64,000 nt of DNA from an uncultured Clostridia bacterium (GCA_934119935.1 CAKOSX010000005.1:4933-68932); one strand, 5' to 3'; shown: positions 27,252 to 37,917, numbered from the stretch's first letter. Numbers and translations are program-made. The notes: generated by a model from the sequence alone, not told the origin.

Positions 27252-27677
27252 ATGAAGGATTTAATTAAAAAAATAATCGACAAATTTTTTACTAAAGAAG
27301 TAATTTTATATATTGTTTTTGGAGTTCTTACAACTATCATAAACCTAGTTGTAACCTATATATTGAACAATTTTATGCATATTAATGGTGCAATTTCAAG
27401 TGCCATAGGAATTATTGCAGCAGTTATAGTTGCATATCTTACAAATAGAAAAATGGTATTTAATTCTGAGGCAGTCGGTTTTAAGCAAAATTTAAAAGAA
27501 TTTGGCAAGTTTATTTTAGGCAGAGCGGGTACAATGCTTGTTGAAGAAGGTGGAGTCATTCTGTTTAACACAGTATTAAAATTACCTTTGATGCCTGTAA
27601 AAATCGCACTAACAATTTTAGTAATAATATTAAACTTTTTTATTAGCAAATTTTTCGCATTTAAAAAATCAAAATAA
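27252..27677 (+). CDS. GtrA family membrane protein
   Basis: Small four-TM protein with GtrA-like sequence features. Confidence 0.7.
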   Translation: MKDLIKKIIDKFFTKEVILYIVFGVLTTIINLVVTYILNNFMHINGAISSAIGIIAAVIVAYLTNRKMVFNSEAVGFKQNLKEFGKFILGRAGTMLVEEGGVILFNTVLKLPLMPVKIALTILVIILNFFISKFFAFKKSK

Positions 27678-27721
27678 TTCTTACTACTAGTATAGATATT
27701 CTCTAAAAAAGGAGGCTTATC

Positions 27722-28279
27722 TTGTCTAGTAGTTTTTTTAAATATTTTATTACATATATATGTGTAATATTGTTTTCTATTGTTTTAATTTTTTTCGTCA
27801 TTATTCAGTCTGCAAATTCTACTCAGTATGACGGCACATTCGTATGGCCTTTGCAAGACTATTCTTATATAAGTTCATATTTTGGTCATAGGGTCTCTCC
27901 CACATCAGGTGCCTCTTCATATCATTCAGGAATTGATATTCCTGCCCCAGAGGGCACTCCAATTTTGTCAGTCTGCGACGGAACTGTAACTTTTGCAAGT
28001 TGGGGTGCCGGCGGCGGATATACTATTGTTGTAGAAAATGGTAACATTAGAGTTTCTTATTGTCATGTTTCTCCAGCTTTCGTTGTGGCCAAAGGTGATT
28101 ATGTTGTTGCAGGCAGTGTTATTTCAAATGTTGGTCCCAAAAATGTGTATGGAATTTTAAATAATCCATATAAAGATTCTTCCGGTAATCCCACAAATGG
28201 TGCTACTACCTGATGTCATCTTCATTTAACAATAAAAAAAGACGGCATAGCCGTCAATCCTTTAGACTTTTTTACATAA
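27722..28279 (+). pseudogene. M23 family peptidase interrupted by an in-frame TGA just before the HxH zinc motif
   Basis: The ORF reaches ...NGATT, then TGA (28211-28213). The same frame continues CHLHLTIKKDGIAVNPLDFFT-stop, the expected M23 C-terminus. Confidence 0.7.
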
Positions 28280-28282
28280 TTT

Positions 28283-28774
28283 CTACATATCATCGTCTTC
28301 GTCATTTTTATCTTCTTCTTCATCATCTTCTTCACATTCAACATGATGATGTCCACAAGAAGCACAACCACCTGAACAGCAGTCATCTTCTCCGTCCCAA
28401 TCAAGTTCAATTACATTATGGCATTCTGGACATTCTATTTCTTCTTTTAACTCATCTTCAACATTAGCTACAAACTCATGATTGCAATATGGGCATACGA
28501 TTTCAAAATCATACTCCTCATCTTCGTAGATATCTTTTTTTATTAAATCAACTGTTTCTTTTACTTTATCTAGTTTCTGCTCAAGTTGATCTTGATATTT
28601 TTCTAATTCATCCATTCTATCTGAATTAACACTTGTAACTCTATCTATAATACCCATATATAAAGATGCAAGTTCTGAAATTTTACTTAAAACATATTTC
28701 TTTTCGTTCTCATCAGATATATTTTCTTCAATATCCTTTATAATTTTTGAATATTCTTCACTTAATTTAGCCAT
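28283..28774 (-). CDS. zinc-ribbon protein with a coiled-coil N-terminus and a Cys/His-rich acidic tail
   Basis: CPYC...CPEC ribbon followed by CCSGGCASCGHHHVECEEDDEEED. Located upstream of efp. Confidence 0.6.
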   Translation of the reverse strand: MAKLSEEYSKIIKDIEENISDENEKKYVLSKISELASLYMGIIDRVTSVNSDRMDELEKYQDQLEQKLDKVKETVDLIKKDIYEDEEYDFEIVCPYCNHEFVANVEDELKEEIECPECHNVIELDWDGEDDCCSGGCASCGHHHVECEEDDEEEDKNDEDDDM

Positions 28775-28793
28775 AATTCTTACCTTTCTAAAA

Positions 28794-29360
28794 TTAAACT
28801 CTTTCCATATACTCGCCAGTTCTTGTGTCTATTTTTATAACATCACCGATGTTAACAAACATTGGAACTGTAAGTTCATATCCATTTTCTAATGTTGCAG
28901 GTTTTCCAGATGTTGTTGTTGTGTTTCCAGCAAATCCTGGTTCTGTATATTTAACTTCTAATTCAACAAACATTGGTGGCTCTACTGCAAATACACTTCC
29001 TTTATATGAAAGCATTGTTACACTCATGTTTTCTTTTATGAATTTTAATGCATCTCCAATTTGTTCTTTGTTTAAAGGTATTTGCTCATATGTATCATTA
29101 TCCATGAAGTAGTATAAATCTTCATCATTGTATAAATATTGCATCTCCTTTTTCTCTATTTGAGCTGCTGGATATTTTTCTGATGGGTTAAATGTTTTTT
29201 CTATAACTGCTCCTGATATTACATTCTTTAATTTTGTTCTTACGAATGCTGATCCCTTTCCTGGTTTTACATGTTGGAATTCTACTACTCTGAATACATT
29301 TCCATCCATTTCAAATGTTGTTCCGTTTCTAAAATCGCCTGCTGAATATACGCTTGCCAT
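28794..29360 (-). CDS. efp: elongation factor P
   Basis: Full-length EF-P similarity ([17 protein letters not shown]). Confidence 0.95.
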   Translation of the reverse strand: MASVYSAGDFRNGTTFEMDGNVFRVVEFQHVKPGKGSAFVRTKLKNVISGAVIEKTFNPSEKYPAAQIEKKEMQYLYNDEDLYYFMDNDTYEQIPLNKEQIGDALKFIKENMSVTMLSYKGSVFAVEPPMFVELEVKYTEPGFAGNTTTTSGKPATLENGYELTVPMFVNIGDVIKIDTRTGEYMERV

Positions 29361-29502
29361 TATTATTACCCCTTTCTAATTTTTTATTATATTTTTAAAT
29401 TTTTTTCTCATTAAAATGCGACTATATTATAATACCATATTATAGCTTAAAAATCAAGTGTTGTAGCACTTTTTTTCAGTTTTTCAAATTTTCTGGTTTA
29501 AC

Positions 29503-29617
29503 ATGAGATATATTAACTTTTTAGAAATTCAACTGGAAGTGCGCCTCTTGAGGAGTCCTAAGGAGCTCCGACCAAGCACGACATGTTGATATTTCGTAAA
29601 AAGTTAATATATCTCAT
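29503..29617. repeat. Family-B palindromic element, copy B2 (opposite orientation to B1)
   Basis: Conserved core at 29530-29589. Copy-specific arms ATGAGATATATTAACTTTTTA / TAAAAAGTTAATATATCTCAT. Confidence 0.85.
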
Positions 29618-29628
29618 TTGCACTAATT

Positions 29629-30708
29629 CTATGCATCTACAACCACATAGTCTTTTTCTGATTTTGTAAGACTCGTGCTCATTCCTCTGTTTACAAGCAC
29701 TGTGTCTTCTATTCTTACACCAAATTGATTTGGTATATAAATTCCTGGTTCATCTGTTACTATCATGTTATTTTTTAATACAAAGTCCATTCTAGTACTT
29801 GCAAATGGAAACTCATGTATTTCTAATCCAACTCCATGCCCTAATGCGTGTATTAAATCATAACCATGCAATTTGAAATCGTTTTCAACCATTCTGCTTA
29901 CAAGCTTTAAGTTAACTCCCTCTTTCATTTCGTTTATTACCTGTCTTTGATTTTTTAATACTAACTCATATACAGGTTTTACTTCTTCTGGTACAAAGCC
30001 TGCAAATATCGTCCTTGTCATATCAGAACAATATCCTTTGTATTTACAGCCCATATCTATAGTTATTGGATCTCCTGCTTCAATCTTTTTATTGGTTGGT
30101 ACAACATGTGGCATTGAAGAATTTTTTCCTGATGCTACTATAGTACTAAACGCAACATCATCAGCACCATTATCTATAAAAAACTCATCAATTTCTTTTG
30201 CAATTTGTTTTTCTGTTAATCCTATCTTTATGAAACTTTTTAAATGATTAAAGCAATCGTCTGTAATTTTACAAGCTTTCTCTATAAGCTCTATTTCTTC
30301 TGGATCTTTAATCATTCTTTGTTTTTCGATTATTCCTTCTGTTTCTTCCAGATTATTTATTTTATATCTGTGCATAAAGTCTTTATATTTTGCATATGTC
30401 ACATATTCTTCTTCGAATCCAACATTTTCGCAGAACAGAAAGAAATTCTCGTAGTCGTCTCTCGAAATATCTTTCATATCGTAAACAACTATCTCATCAT
30501 TTAGTGTTAATGTGTTGTTTACACCTTCTACATATCTACCGTCTGTTATGTAAATGTTTTCCTTTGGTGTAATTAAAAATACTCCTTCTGCTTCAATTCC
30601 AGTTAAATACTTTATATTAATAGGATTAGAAATTATTATTCCTTGCAAATCCAACATTCTTATTTTATCTCTTAACCAACGAATATTATTATTCATGTTT
30701 TCACCCAT
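29629..30708 (-). CDS. M24 family Xaa-Pro aminopeptidase
   Basis: Creatinase/prolidase N-terminal domain plus M24 metal ligands (DMG, HGVGLEIHE, EDT). Confidence 0.88.
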   Translation of the reverse strand: MGENMNNNIRWLRDKIRMLDLQGIIISNPINIKYLTGIEAEGVFLITPKENIYITDGRYVEGVNNTLTLNDEIVVYDMKDISRDDYENFFLFCENVGFEEEYVTYAKYKDFMHRYKINNLEETEGIIEKQRMIKDPEEIELIEKACKITDDCFNHLKSFIKIGLTEKQIAKEIDEFFIDNGADDVAFSTIVASGKNSSMPHVVPTNKKIEAGDPITIDMGCKYKGYCSDMTRTIFAGFVPEEVKPVYELVLKNQRQVINEMKEGVNLKLVSRMVENDFKLHGYDLIHALGHGVGLEIHEFPFASTRMDFVLKNNMIVTDEPGIYIPNQFGVRIEDTVLVNRGMSTSLTKSEKDYVVVDA

Positions 30709-30735
30709 TTCTATTAATGATTTTTGCTATATTTA

Positions 30736-31479
30736 TTATATCAATTGAGCTTTATATGTCCCCAGAGTAAATATTTTTAGCATTATATATAATAAAATAT
30801 TAAATGGTACAAACATCGCCGTTATTGCAGCAATTACAATGAATGGACCAAAAGGGATATATTCATCACCTGTTTTTCTTTTGCATATTATTAACGCTAC
30901 ACCGATTATTGCCCCTAGTAGGAATGCTATTAATGAAATTATTATTATTGTTCTCCATCCAAAGAATAATCCGAGTGCCCCCATTAGTTTTACGTCTCCG
31001 AAACCCATTGCTTCCTTACCTGCAATCAGTCCGCCTACTAGCGTTATAAACAAGAATATTCCAGCTCCAGAAACCATTCCAAGTAACATGTCTATTGCGA
31101 TGTTTATATTTACAATTCCTTCTACGAATGTATAAATTAGTCCAACTTCGAAGATTGTTAAATTTAGTCTATTAGGAATTATTTTTAGTCTATAATCTAT
31201 CGCTAAAGCGCTAATTAGCATTGGTATTAAGACTAAATAAGCTAACGTTTTTATTTGGAATCCATACAAATACAAGACTCCAACATACAGTAACGCCATC
31301 GCCACCATGTATATGTATTTAGGCTTTTCATTTTTTAAGTAAATTGTAAAAAATTCTCTTACGAAAACTTTTTTATAATCAGGGAGTCTTACAGTACTCC
31401 ACGCCACAAATTGACCAATTCCAAGCCCTATAATACCTAAAAATAAGTAATATAATATGTTTATATTGTTAATGTACAT
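30736..31479 (-). CDS. A24 family prepilin peptidase
   Basis: Polytopic membrane protein with the GFGDVKLMGALGLFFGW aspartyl motif. Confidence 0.85.
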   Translation of the reverse strand: MYINNINILYYLFLGIIGLGIGQFVAWSTVRLPDYKKVFVREFFTIYLKNEKPKYIYMVAMALLYVGVLYLYGFQIKTLAYLVLIPMLISALAIDYRLKIIPNRLNLTIFEVGLIYTFVEGIVNINIAIDMLLGMVSGAGIFLFITLVGGLIAGKEAMGFGDVKLMGALGLFFGWRTIIIISLIAFLLGAIIGVALIICKRKTGDEYIPFGPFIVIAAITAMFVPFNILLYIMLKIFTLGTYKAQLI

Positions 31480-31492
31480 TTAAATACCTCTT

Positions 31493-31981
31493 TTACTTTT
31501 GTTTATATTTTTTTAAAATTTGTCTTTCTATTAATCTGTTAAATCTAGTTATAAAAATGTCTTTTTCGGCAAGTGGTTCGACTAAAATAGAGTACATATG
31601 GCTCCTATTTGCTCCAAGCACATCTGTTAGTACTTGGTCTCCAATTACTGCTATATTTTCACTATTTTCTTGTACTATTTTTTTAGCCCTATTGAATCCA
31701 AATTTTAATGGTTTTTTAGCAAAATAAATATATGGAACCTCCAACTTTTTTGACATTTTTTCTGCTTTTTTCTTTTTATTTGTGTTAGATAGAATACAAA
31801 ATTTTATACCATGTTTTTTTGCTTTTTTTACCCAATCCTCTAGACCCTCTAAAATGTTATTATCAGTGTCTATCATGGTGTTATCTATGTCTAACAGAAT
31901 AGCCTTTATATTATTTTTTTCTATAAAGTTCATGTCTATTTCTAATATGTTTTTAAAGTAACTTTTAGGGTAAAAAATCAT
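31493..31981 (-). CDS. YqeG family HAD-IIIA phosphatase
   Basis: LLDIDNTM and GDQVLTDVLGAN motifs. Confidence 0.85.
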   Translation of the reverse strand: MIFYPKSYFKNILEIDMNFIEKNNIKAILLDIDNTMIDTDNNILEGLEDWVKKAKKHGIKFCILSNTNKKKKAEKMSKKLEVPYIYFAKKPLKFGFNRAKKIVQENSENIAVIGDQVLTDVLGANRSHMYSILVEPLAEKDIFITRFNRLIERQILKKYKQK

Positions 31982-32048
31982 TGTATCCTCCTAATATTTC
32001 TGCTACTTTATATTATCAATATGTTGGAGGTTTGTCAAGCATTTATTG

Positions 32049-32750
32049 CTATTTACAAAATCTATGTTTTCCTATTGTAACAACATGCGGTCTTGACCAA
32101 ATCCATGCATTTGTTGCAGTGCTTGGATTGAAGTAGTATATTGAGCCATATGATGGGTCCCAACCATTTAGCGCATCTCTTGCAGCATTGTATGCTGTTT
32201 GGTTTGGTGTTAAATTAATCTGACCATCTGATACAGCCGTGAATGCACCTTTTTGATATATTACTCCTGCTATTGTGTTTGGAAACGAACTGCTTTTTAC
32301 TCTATTTAATACGACCGCTGCAACGGCAACCTGCCCGGCATATGGTTCTCCCCTTGCCTCACTATACACAGCTCTTGCAAGCAGATTTAAATTGCTGCTA
32401 CTTGTACTGTTGCTAGAATTTGAATTACCACTAGAATTAAATATTCCCATTGCCTCTAGTGTCTTTTTTCCGGCAATTCCATCGACTGTTAATCCATTTT
32501 TTCTTTGAAAATACTTAACAGCTGCTAACGTTTCAGAGCCATAAATTCCGTCAACACTTCCAGAGTAATATCCCCATCTCTTTAATTTAGTCTGAATCTG
32601 CGTAACTTCCGATCCTCTCGAACCATATTTTGATAATGCTAATATATTATTATTTGTAAAAAATATGTTATATAACAAAAATATTATTAATAATACTGAA
32701 ATAATTGCGATCGCTCTTTTATTTTTTAACATAAAAATTCCACCTTTCAA
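32049..32750 (-). CDS. SleB/CwlJ-type cell wall hydrolase with a peptidoglycan-binding domain
   Basis: PG_binding_1 repeat (DGIYGSETLAAVKYFQRKNGL) plus a Hydrolase_2 domain (ARAVYSEARGEPY..VLNRV). Confidence 0.85.
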   Translation of the reverse strand: MKGGIFMLKNKRAIAIISVLLIIFLLYNIFFTNNNILALSKYGSRGSEVTQIQTKLKRWGYYSGSVDGIYGSETLAAVKYFQRKNGLTVDGIAGKKTLEAMGIFNSSGNSNSSNSTSSSNLNLLARAVYSEARGEPYAGQVAVAAVVLNRVKSSSFPNTIAGVIYQKGAFTAVSDGQINLTPNQTAYNAARDALNGWDPSYGSIYYFNPSTATNAWIWSRPHVVTIGKHRFCK

Positions 32751-32781
32751 GTTTATTATTCCTTGATTCGGTGGATTTATA

Positions 32782-34446
32782 CTAAAATATTCCTATTATA
32801 TTTCCGTTTTTATCAATATCAATTTTTTCGGCAGCTGGAACCCTTGGAAGTCCTGGCATTGTCATTATCTTTCCAGTGATTACAACTATAAACTCCGCTC
32901 CAGTTTTTAATGCTATGTCATTTACATGTAACTCATACGGTTCATTACATTCTAGATTTTTTGGATCATCCGAGAATGAATACTGTGTTTTAGCAATACA
33001 TACTGGATAATGCGAATATCCCATTTTTTCTATTTTTTCAATCTCTTGCAATGCTTTTTCCGAATATTCTACACCTGTTGCACCATAAATATTCTTAGCA
33101 ACTTTTTCTATTTTTTCCTTTACACTATCTGAATTATTATAAGCAAATTGCATGTTTTCTTCTTCATCTACAATTCTTATAATTTTCTCGGCTAAATCGA
33201 TTGCACCTTTGCTTCCTTTTTCATGGCTCTCAACAAGGCTCATTTCAATATTTTGCTCTCTTAGTTCATTACTTAGAAGTTCAATCTCCGCATCTGTATC
33301 TGTATCAAATTTGTTTATTGCAACAATAACATTTAATCCAAATACATTTTTTAAATTATCTAAATGTTTATTTAAATTTTTTATTCCTTTTTGTAATGCT
33401 TCAAGATTTTCTGTTTTTATTTCTTCCTTTGCTTGTCCTCCATGATATTTTAAGGCTCTAATTGTAGCAACACATACAACCGCATCTGGCTGTATGTCTG
33501 CCTTTCTGCATTTAATATCTATAAATTTCTCTGCGCCCAAGTCAGAGCCAAAACCGGCCTCTGTTATTGTGTAGTCTGCTAATTTCATTGCAGTTTTAGT
33601 AGCAATAATACTGTTACACCCATGAGCAATATTTGCAAAAGGTCCTCCATGAATTATTGCTGGAGTATGTTCTAAAGTCTGAACCAAGTTTGGCTTTATT
33701 GCATCTTTTAGTAAAACAGTTAACGCTCCTTCTGCATGTAAATCTCTTACTGTAATCGGCTTTTCTTCTTTATTATAACCGACTGTAATGTTTCCAATTC
33801 TTCTTTTTAAATCTTCAATATCAGTTGCCAAGCATAAAATAGCCATTATTTCAGAGGCAACAGTAATATCGAATCCATCTTCTCTTGCAACTATATTTTT
33901 CTCACCAGATAGACCTGTCTCAACTTTTCTTAACTGTCTATCGTTAAGGTCAACACATCTTTTCCATGTAACTCTTTCAAATCCTAATTCATTTCCATAA
34001 TAAATATGATTATCAATAAGAGCCGAAAGCAAATCGTTTGCAGAAGTAATTGCATGAATGTCTCCAGTGAAATGCAAATTTATATCTTCCATTGGAGCTA
34101 CCTGAGCATATCCACCGCCAGTAGCACCACCTTTAATTCCAAAAACAGGACCTAAAGAAGGTTCTCTTAAGGCTATAATTGCACTCTTTCCAATTCGTGT
34201 TAAACCATCTGCAAGACCAATAGCCATAGTAGTTTTTCCTTCTCCTAATGGAGTTGGATTAATTGAAGTAACTAAAATAAGCTTTCCATCTTTTCTATCT
34301 TTTAATCTATTAAGCAATTTTTTGCTATCAATCTTAGCCTTAAAATTTCCATACTGTTCAAGTTCATCATCAGCAATTCCAGCCTTTGCAGCAATGTTCT
34401 TAATATTCTCTAACTTAGTATTTCTAGCAATTTCAATATCTTCCAT
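32782..34446 (-). CDS. fhs: formate-tetrahydrofolate ligase
   Basis: Full-length FTHFS similarity (PTPLGEGKTT, GGPFANIAHG). Confidence 0.95.
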   Translation of the reverse strand: MEDIEIARNTKLENIKNIAAKAGIADDELEQYGNFKAKIDSKKLLNRLKDRKDGKLILVTSINPTPLGEGKTTMAIGLADGLTRIGKSAIIALREPSLGPVFGIKGGATGGGYAQVAPMEDINLHFTGDIHAITSANDLLSALIDNHIYYGNELGFERVTWKRCVDLNDRQLRKVETGLSGEKNIVAREDGFDITVASEIMAILCLATDIEDLKRRIGNITVGYNKEEKPITVRDLHAEGALTVLLKDAIKPNLVQTLEHTPAIIHGGPFANIAHGCNSIIATKTAMKLADYTITEAGFGSDLGAEKFIDIKCRKADIQPDAVVCVATIRALKYHGGQAKEEIKTENLEALQKGIKNLNKHLDNLKNVFGLNVIVAINKFDTDTDAEIELLSNELREQNIEMSLVESHEKGSKGAIDLAEKIIRIVDEEENMQFAYNNSDSVKEKIEKVAKNIYGATGVEYSEKALQEIEKIEKMGYSHYPVCIAKTQYSFSDDPKNLECNEPYELHVNDIALKTGAEFIVVITGKIMTMPGLPRVPAAEKIDIDKNGNIIGIF

Positions 34447-34477
34447 AATGGCCTCCTCTTATTATTAATGGCATATA

Positions 34478-34594
34478 ACTTTGAAAATAATTTCAATTTT
34501 TGAATAAATCAACTGGAAGTGCGCCTTTGAGGGGTCGAATGAGCCCCGACCAAGCACGACATGTTGATTTTTCAAAAATAAATTTTTTCAAAGT
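34478..34594. repeat. Family-B palindromic element, copy B3
   Basis: Conserved core at 34510-34568 with copy-specific AT-rich inverted arms. Confidence 0.85.
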
Positions 34595-34600
34595 GAATTA

Positions 34601-35050
34601 TTAAAATATTAGTCCCACAATTAAGCCCACAATCGCACCAACAAATACTTGAAATGGCGTGTGTCCTACTAATTCTTCTAGCTTTACATTAAATGTCATT
34701 TTTGAGAGTTCAGAATCTGGATTTGTCATTATCTCGTTTAGTACATGGGCTTGTTTTCCAGTCTCATACCTTACTCCACACGCATCATACAGAACTACCA
34801 TTGAAAATACGAATGATAAAGCAAATAGTGGAGATGAAAAACCTTGGCTACGTGCTATCATTGTAGTGATTGAAACAACAACTGCAGAATGAGCACTTGG
34901 CATACCACCAGCACCCCATAATCTTCTAATATTTAATCTCTTTGTTTCTGCATATTCCCATATTATTTTAAATAATTGTATTCCAATCCATGTAAAGAAT
35001 GGCACAACTAAATATCTATAATCATTATAAAAATTCATTAAGTTACTCAC
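34601..35050 (-). CDS. divergent PAP2 (acid phosphatase/vanadium haloperoxidase-related) membrane protein
   Basis: GGMPSAHSA and GHTPFQV motifs. Confidence 0.8.
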   Translation of the reverse strand: MSNLMNFYNDYRYLVVPFFTWIGIQLFKIIWEYAETKRLNIRRLWGAGGMPSAHSAVVVSITTMIARSQGFSSPLFALSFVFSMVVLYDACGVRYETGKQAHVLNEIMTNPDSELSKMTFNVKLEELVGHTPFQVFVGAIVGLIVGLIF

Positions 35051-35103
35051 TTTTGTGATGTTCCTTTCTTTGCGAACTAATTTTGGTTATGAAATAATTA
35101 CAA

Positions 35104-35340
35104 CTAGTCTTCTTTTGGAACAAAATTCTCTTCCTTAATTTCGTCTCCATTATTTATCAACATTGTAATCTTCTTTTCTGCTGAATTTAAAAAATCGTTA
35201 CATTTTTTAGACAAATTCATTCCTTCTTCGAATTTTTTTACAGATTCATCTAATGTTAGATTTCCCTTTTCTAGTTCATTTGCAATGTTTTCTAATTGTT
35301 TCATTGCATCTTCAAAATTTATATCTTCGTTCATATTCAA
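35104..35340 (-). CDS. xseB: exodeoxyribonuclease VII small subunit
   Basis: FEDAMKQLENIANELEKGNLTLDES is the typical XseB N-terminus. Downstream of xseA. Confidence 0.92.
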   Translation of the reverse strand: MNMNEDINFEDAMKQLENIANELEKGNLTLDESVKKFEEGMNLSKKCNDFLNSAEKKITMLINNGDEIKEENFVPKED

Positions 35341-35378
35341 TAGTATTCCTTTCTCACAGTACTAATTCATTTCAATAA

Positions 35379-36569
35379 CTAGTCTATTGTTGCCGTTCTT
35401 TGTCCATCTGATAATCTTAAATTTACTTTTTCCCCAGAATTTAAACCATTTACAGATTTTATTACTTTTCCATCTGGTTCTGTTATAATACTATAACCTC
35501 TTGTTAAAGTTTTTAATGGACTTAAAGAATCTAGTTTAGCAGTCTCTTTTACAAAACTTGTTTTTGCTTCTTTTAATTTCAGCATTACGCTATTTTGCAG
35601 AGTTTTTACCTTCATATCAATTACCATATATTGTTCATTTATTTTCTGTGTCGGATTCTTGTATGCAGGTCTTGCCATACATTTTTCGTATGATAATCTC
35701 ATTAATTCTATTTTCTTTTTCAGAGCAACTTTATATCTGTTATTATACAATTTTAAAGTTTCTCTTACGTCGTCTATATTAGCAACCGCAAGCTCTGCAG
35801 CAGCTGATGGAGTTGGTGCTCTTAAATCTGCTACAAAATCTGCAATAGTAAAATCTGTTTCATGACCAACTGCCGAAATTATTGGTAATTCCGAATCATA
35901 AATTGCTCTTGCCACAATTTCTTCGTTAAATGGCCATAAGTCTTCGAGCGACCCTCCTCCTCTACCAATTATAAGAACATCAGCAAGTTTGTTTTCATTC
36001 ATAAATTTAATACCCTCTGCAATTTTCTCTGCAGCCCCAGGTCCTTGCACCGGAACAGGATACAACCTAATATGTACCCCTGGATTTCTTCTTGTGCTTA
36101 CATTTATAATATCTCTTATTACAGCACCTGTATTAGAAGTCAAAACACCTATCGTTTTAGGCATGAACGGAATTTTCTTTTTATGTGCCTCTGCAAACAA
36201 TCCTTCTTGTTCTAACTTTTTCTTTAATTCTTCATATGCCGTGTATAAGCTTCCAAGTCCATCTTCCTTCATGGCTTTTGCATAAATTTGATAGATTCCA
36301 TCTCTTTCAAACACAGCAACACTGCCTAAGACCATGACTTTCATCCCGTCCTTAGGCATAAAAGATAAATGTGTGGTGTAACTTTTGAACATTACACATT
36401 TTATTAATGAATTTTCATCTTTTAAAGTAAAATACATATGTCCAGTATAATGGTTTTTGAAGTTAGATATTTCTCCTTTTACTAAGACATTATTTAGCAT
36501 TTCATCGCCATCAATTTTGTTCTTTATGTATTTGTTTAAATCTGTTACCGTAATTGGATTATATTCCAT
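35379..36569 (-). CDS. xseA: exodeoxyribonuclease VII large subunit
   Basis: OB-fold N-terminus plus the catalytic region (IGRGGGS, GHETD). Confidence 0.93.
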   Translation of the reverse strand: MEYNPITVTDLNKYIKNKIDGDEMLNNVLVKGEISNFKNHYTGHMYFTLKDENSLIKCVMFKSYTTHLSFMPKDGMKVMVLGSVAVFERDGIYQIYAKAMKEDGLGSLYTAYEELKKKLEQEGLFAEAHKKKIPFMPKTIGVLTSNTGAVIRDIINVSTRRNPGVHIRLYPVPVQGPGAAEKIAEGIKFMNENKLADVLIIGRGGGSLEDLWPFNEEIVARAIYDSELPIISAVGHETDFTIADFVADLRAPTPSAAAELAVANIDDVRETLKLYNNRYKVALKKKIELMRLSYEKCMARPAYKNPTQKINEQYMVIDMKVKTLQNSVMLKLKEAKTSFVKETAKLDSLSPLKTLTRGYSIITEPDGKVIKSVNGLNSGEKVNLRLSDGQRTATID

Positions 36570-36577
36570 TTTTTCTC

Positions 36578-37048
36578 CTATTGTTCGCTATTAACATCAT
36601 TATTATCTGTAGACACATCAGTTTCAGTATTTTTCTCATCTGATAATTTATTCTCTGCAACTATTTTTGCAAGAACTCCATTAACAAAAGATGGCGAATT
36701 TTCTTCTCCATACTTCTTTGCCATATTAACAGCTTCATTTATAATTATTTTATAAGGTGTACCCATATAATTCATTTCATATATTGCAAGTTTCAATAAA
36801 GCTAAATCAATCTTTGAAATTCTATTTATTGTCCATCCTGTTTTCAAATTTTTTGATATCATTTCACTAATCTCAGAATCATTTTCTTTAATCCCACTCG
36901 CAACAATTTTAACATACTCTCTCGAACGACCATTTTCTACTTCTGTGCTATCTAAAAATAATTTTACTTGAGCCTTGCTGTTGTCTCCTTGTATTTCTTG
37001 ACTATATATATAGCAAAAAGCAAGCTCTCTTCTAGTCATTTCTTCCAT
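36578..37048 (-). CDS. nusB: transcription antitermination factor NusB
   Basis: NusB fold sequence and the conserved position upstream of xseA. Confidence 0.88.
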   Translation of the reverse strand: MEEMTRRELAFCYIYSQEIQGDNSKAQVKLFLDSTEVENGRSREYVKIVASGIKENDSEISEMISKNLKTGWTINRISKIDLALLKLAIYEMNYMGTPYKIIINEAVNMAKKYGEENSPSFVNGVLAKIVAENKLSDEKNTETDVSTDNNDVNSEQ

Positions 37049-37064
37049 CTAAATCCCCTTACTA

Positions 37065-37268
37065 CTACAATCTATCTATAAATTTTTTTAATTTTTCTTT
37101 CACTTCTGATTTGTTGTGTTGTACATAATTTCCTATGTATAATCCTAAGCATATAAATACTATCCATATAATTAATTCATACAAACGTGTACACAATATT
37201 AGAATTGCAATTAATGCTCCAATTATTGCTCCGCCATATGTTCTAAAAAACTTTTTTATATCGTCCAT
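37065..37268 (-). CDS. DUF2273-like small membrane protein
   Basis: Two-TM 67-aa protein that ends an asp23-amaP operon. Confidence 0.6.
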   Translation of the reverse strand: MDDIKKFFRTYGGAIIGALIAILILCTRLYELIIWIVFICLGLYIGNYVQHNKSEVKEKLKKFIDRL

Positions 37269-37292
37269 ACTACCCCTCCATACTATACTTAT

Positions 37293-37853
37293 TTATATTT
37301 CTTTTGTTTCTTCTGCAGGTGTTACCATGTCTTTTACTTTAATATCCAAGCTTTTTACTTCAACGTCCAAAGATTTTTTTATTGCATCTTTTACACGAAT
37401 TTGAATATTATTGCTTAGTTCCTTTATAACCGCTTTATCAGATACCTCTATTGTTAATAATATAGAAAGATCGTTATTTTCATCTAGTGTAATTCTTGTT
37501 TGTTGACCTTGTACACTTTCAAATCCAGCTACTACAGAATTTACAATGCTTACTAAAGTTTCTTTTGTTATCAATAACTTGCCATCATCGTTCTCTAATA
37601 ATATTCCATTTCCCGATCCTTTTTCTTCTTCTGTATTTGACTCAAAAAATATTCCTTTTAGCGCCATTATTATTAGTACAGCATTTAATCCTAATAATAT
37701 ATTGCATGTTGTTTTATCTGCCAATGCTTTTGTTGCAAGTAAATATAAATTTGTTACCTCAATCCATCCAAATATACATGCACATGAAAAAATTGCAATT
37801 AGCAACATTAATACTGAAAATACACATAATATCATTTTATCTATAAACTTCAT
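37293..37853 (-). CDS. amaP: alkaline shock response membrane anchor protein AmaP-like
   Basis: N-terminal TM pair plus a soluble domain, directly downstream of the Asp23 homologue. Confidence 0.6.
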   Translation of the reverse strand: MKFIDKMILCVFSVLMLLIAIFSCACIFGWIEVTNLYLLATKALADKTTCNILLGLNAVLIIMALKGIFFESNTEEEKGSGNGILLENDDGKLLITKETLVSIVNSVVAGFESVQGQQTRITLDENNDLSILLTIEVSDKAVIKELSNNIQIRVKDAIKKSLDVEVKSLDIKVKDMVTPAEETKEI

Positions 37854-37917
37854 ATGATTTTTCCTCCATATACTTATATAAAGGCACGAAATATACGTGC
37901 CTTATAAGTATTTATTC

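Noticed and set aside
20326-28213. Possible reassignment of TGA (to Gly or Trp), because two genes (DinD-like at 20326-20328 and M23 at 28211-28213) have an in-frame TGA at positions expected to be Gly.
   Set aside because: Every long housekeeping ORF in the window (dnaK, dnaJ, priA, mutS2, fhs, rny, rqcH and others) is uninterrupted under the standard code and contains no in-frame TGA. The organism encodes a full sporulation sigma cascade typical of standard-code Firmicutes. Both affected genes are accessory, and one is also truncated. Two independent GGA-to-TGA nonsense mutations is the simpler explanation.
28213-28467. 84-aa plus-strand and 62-aa minus-strand ORFs downstream of the M23 gene.
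   Set aside because: They overlap the 3' end of the zinc-ribbon gene in other frames. The meaningful continuation after the TGA is the in-frame M23 C-terminus (28214-28279).
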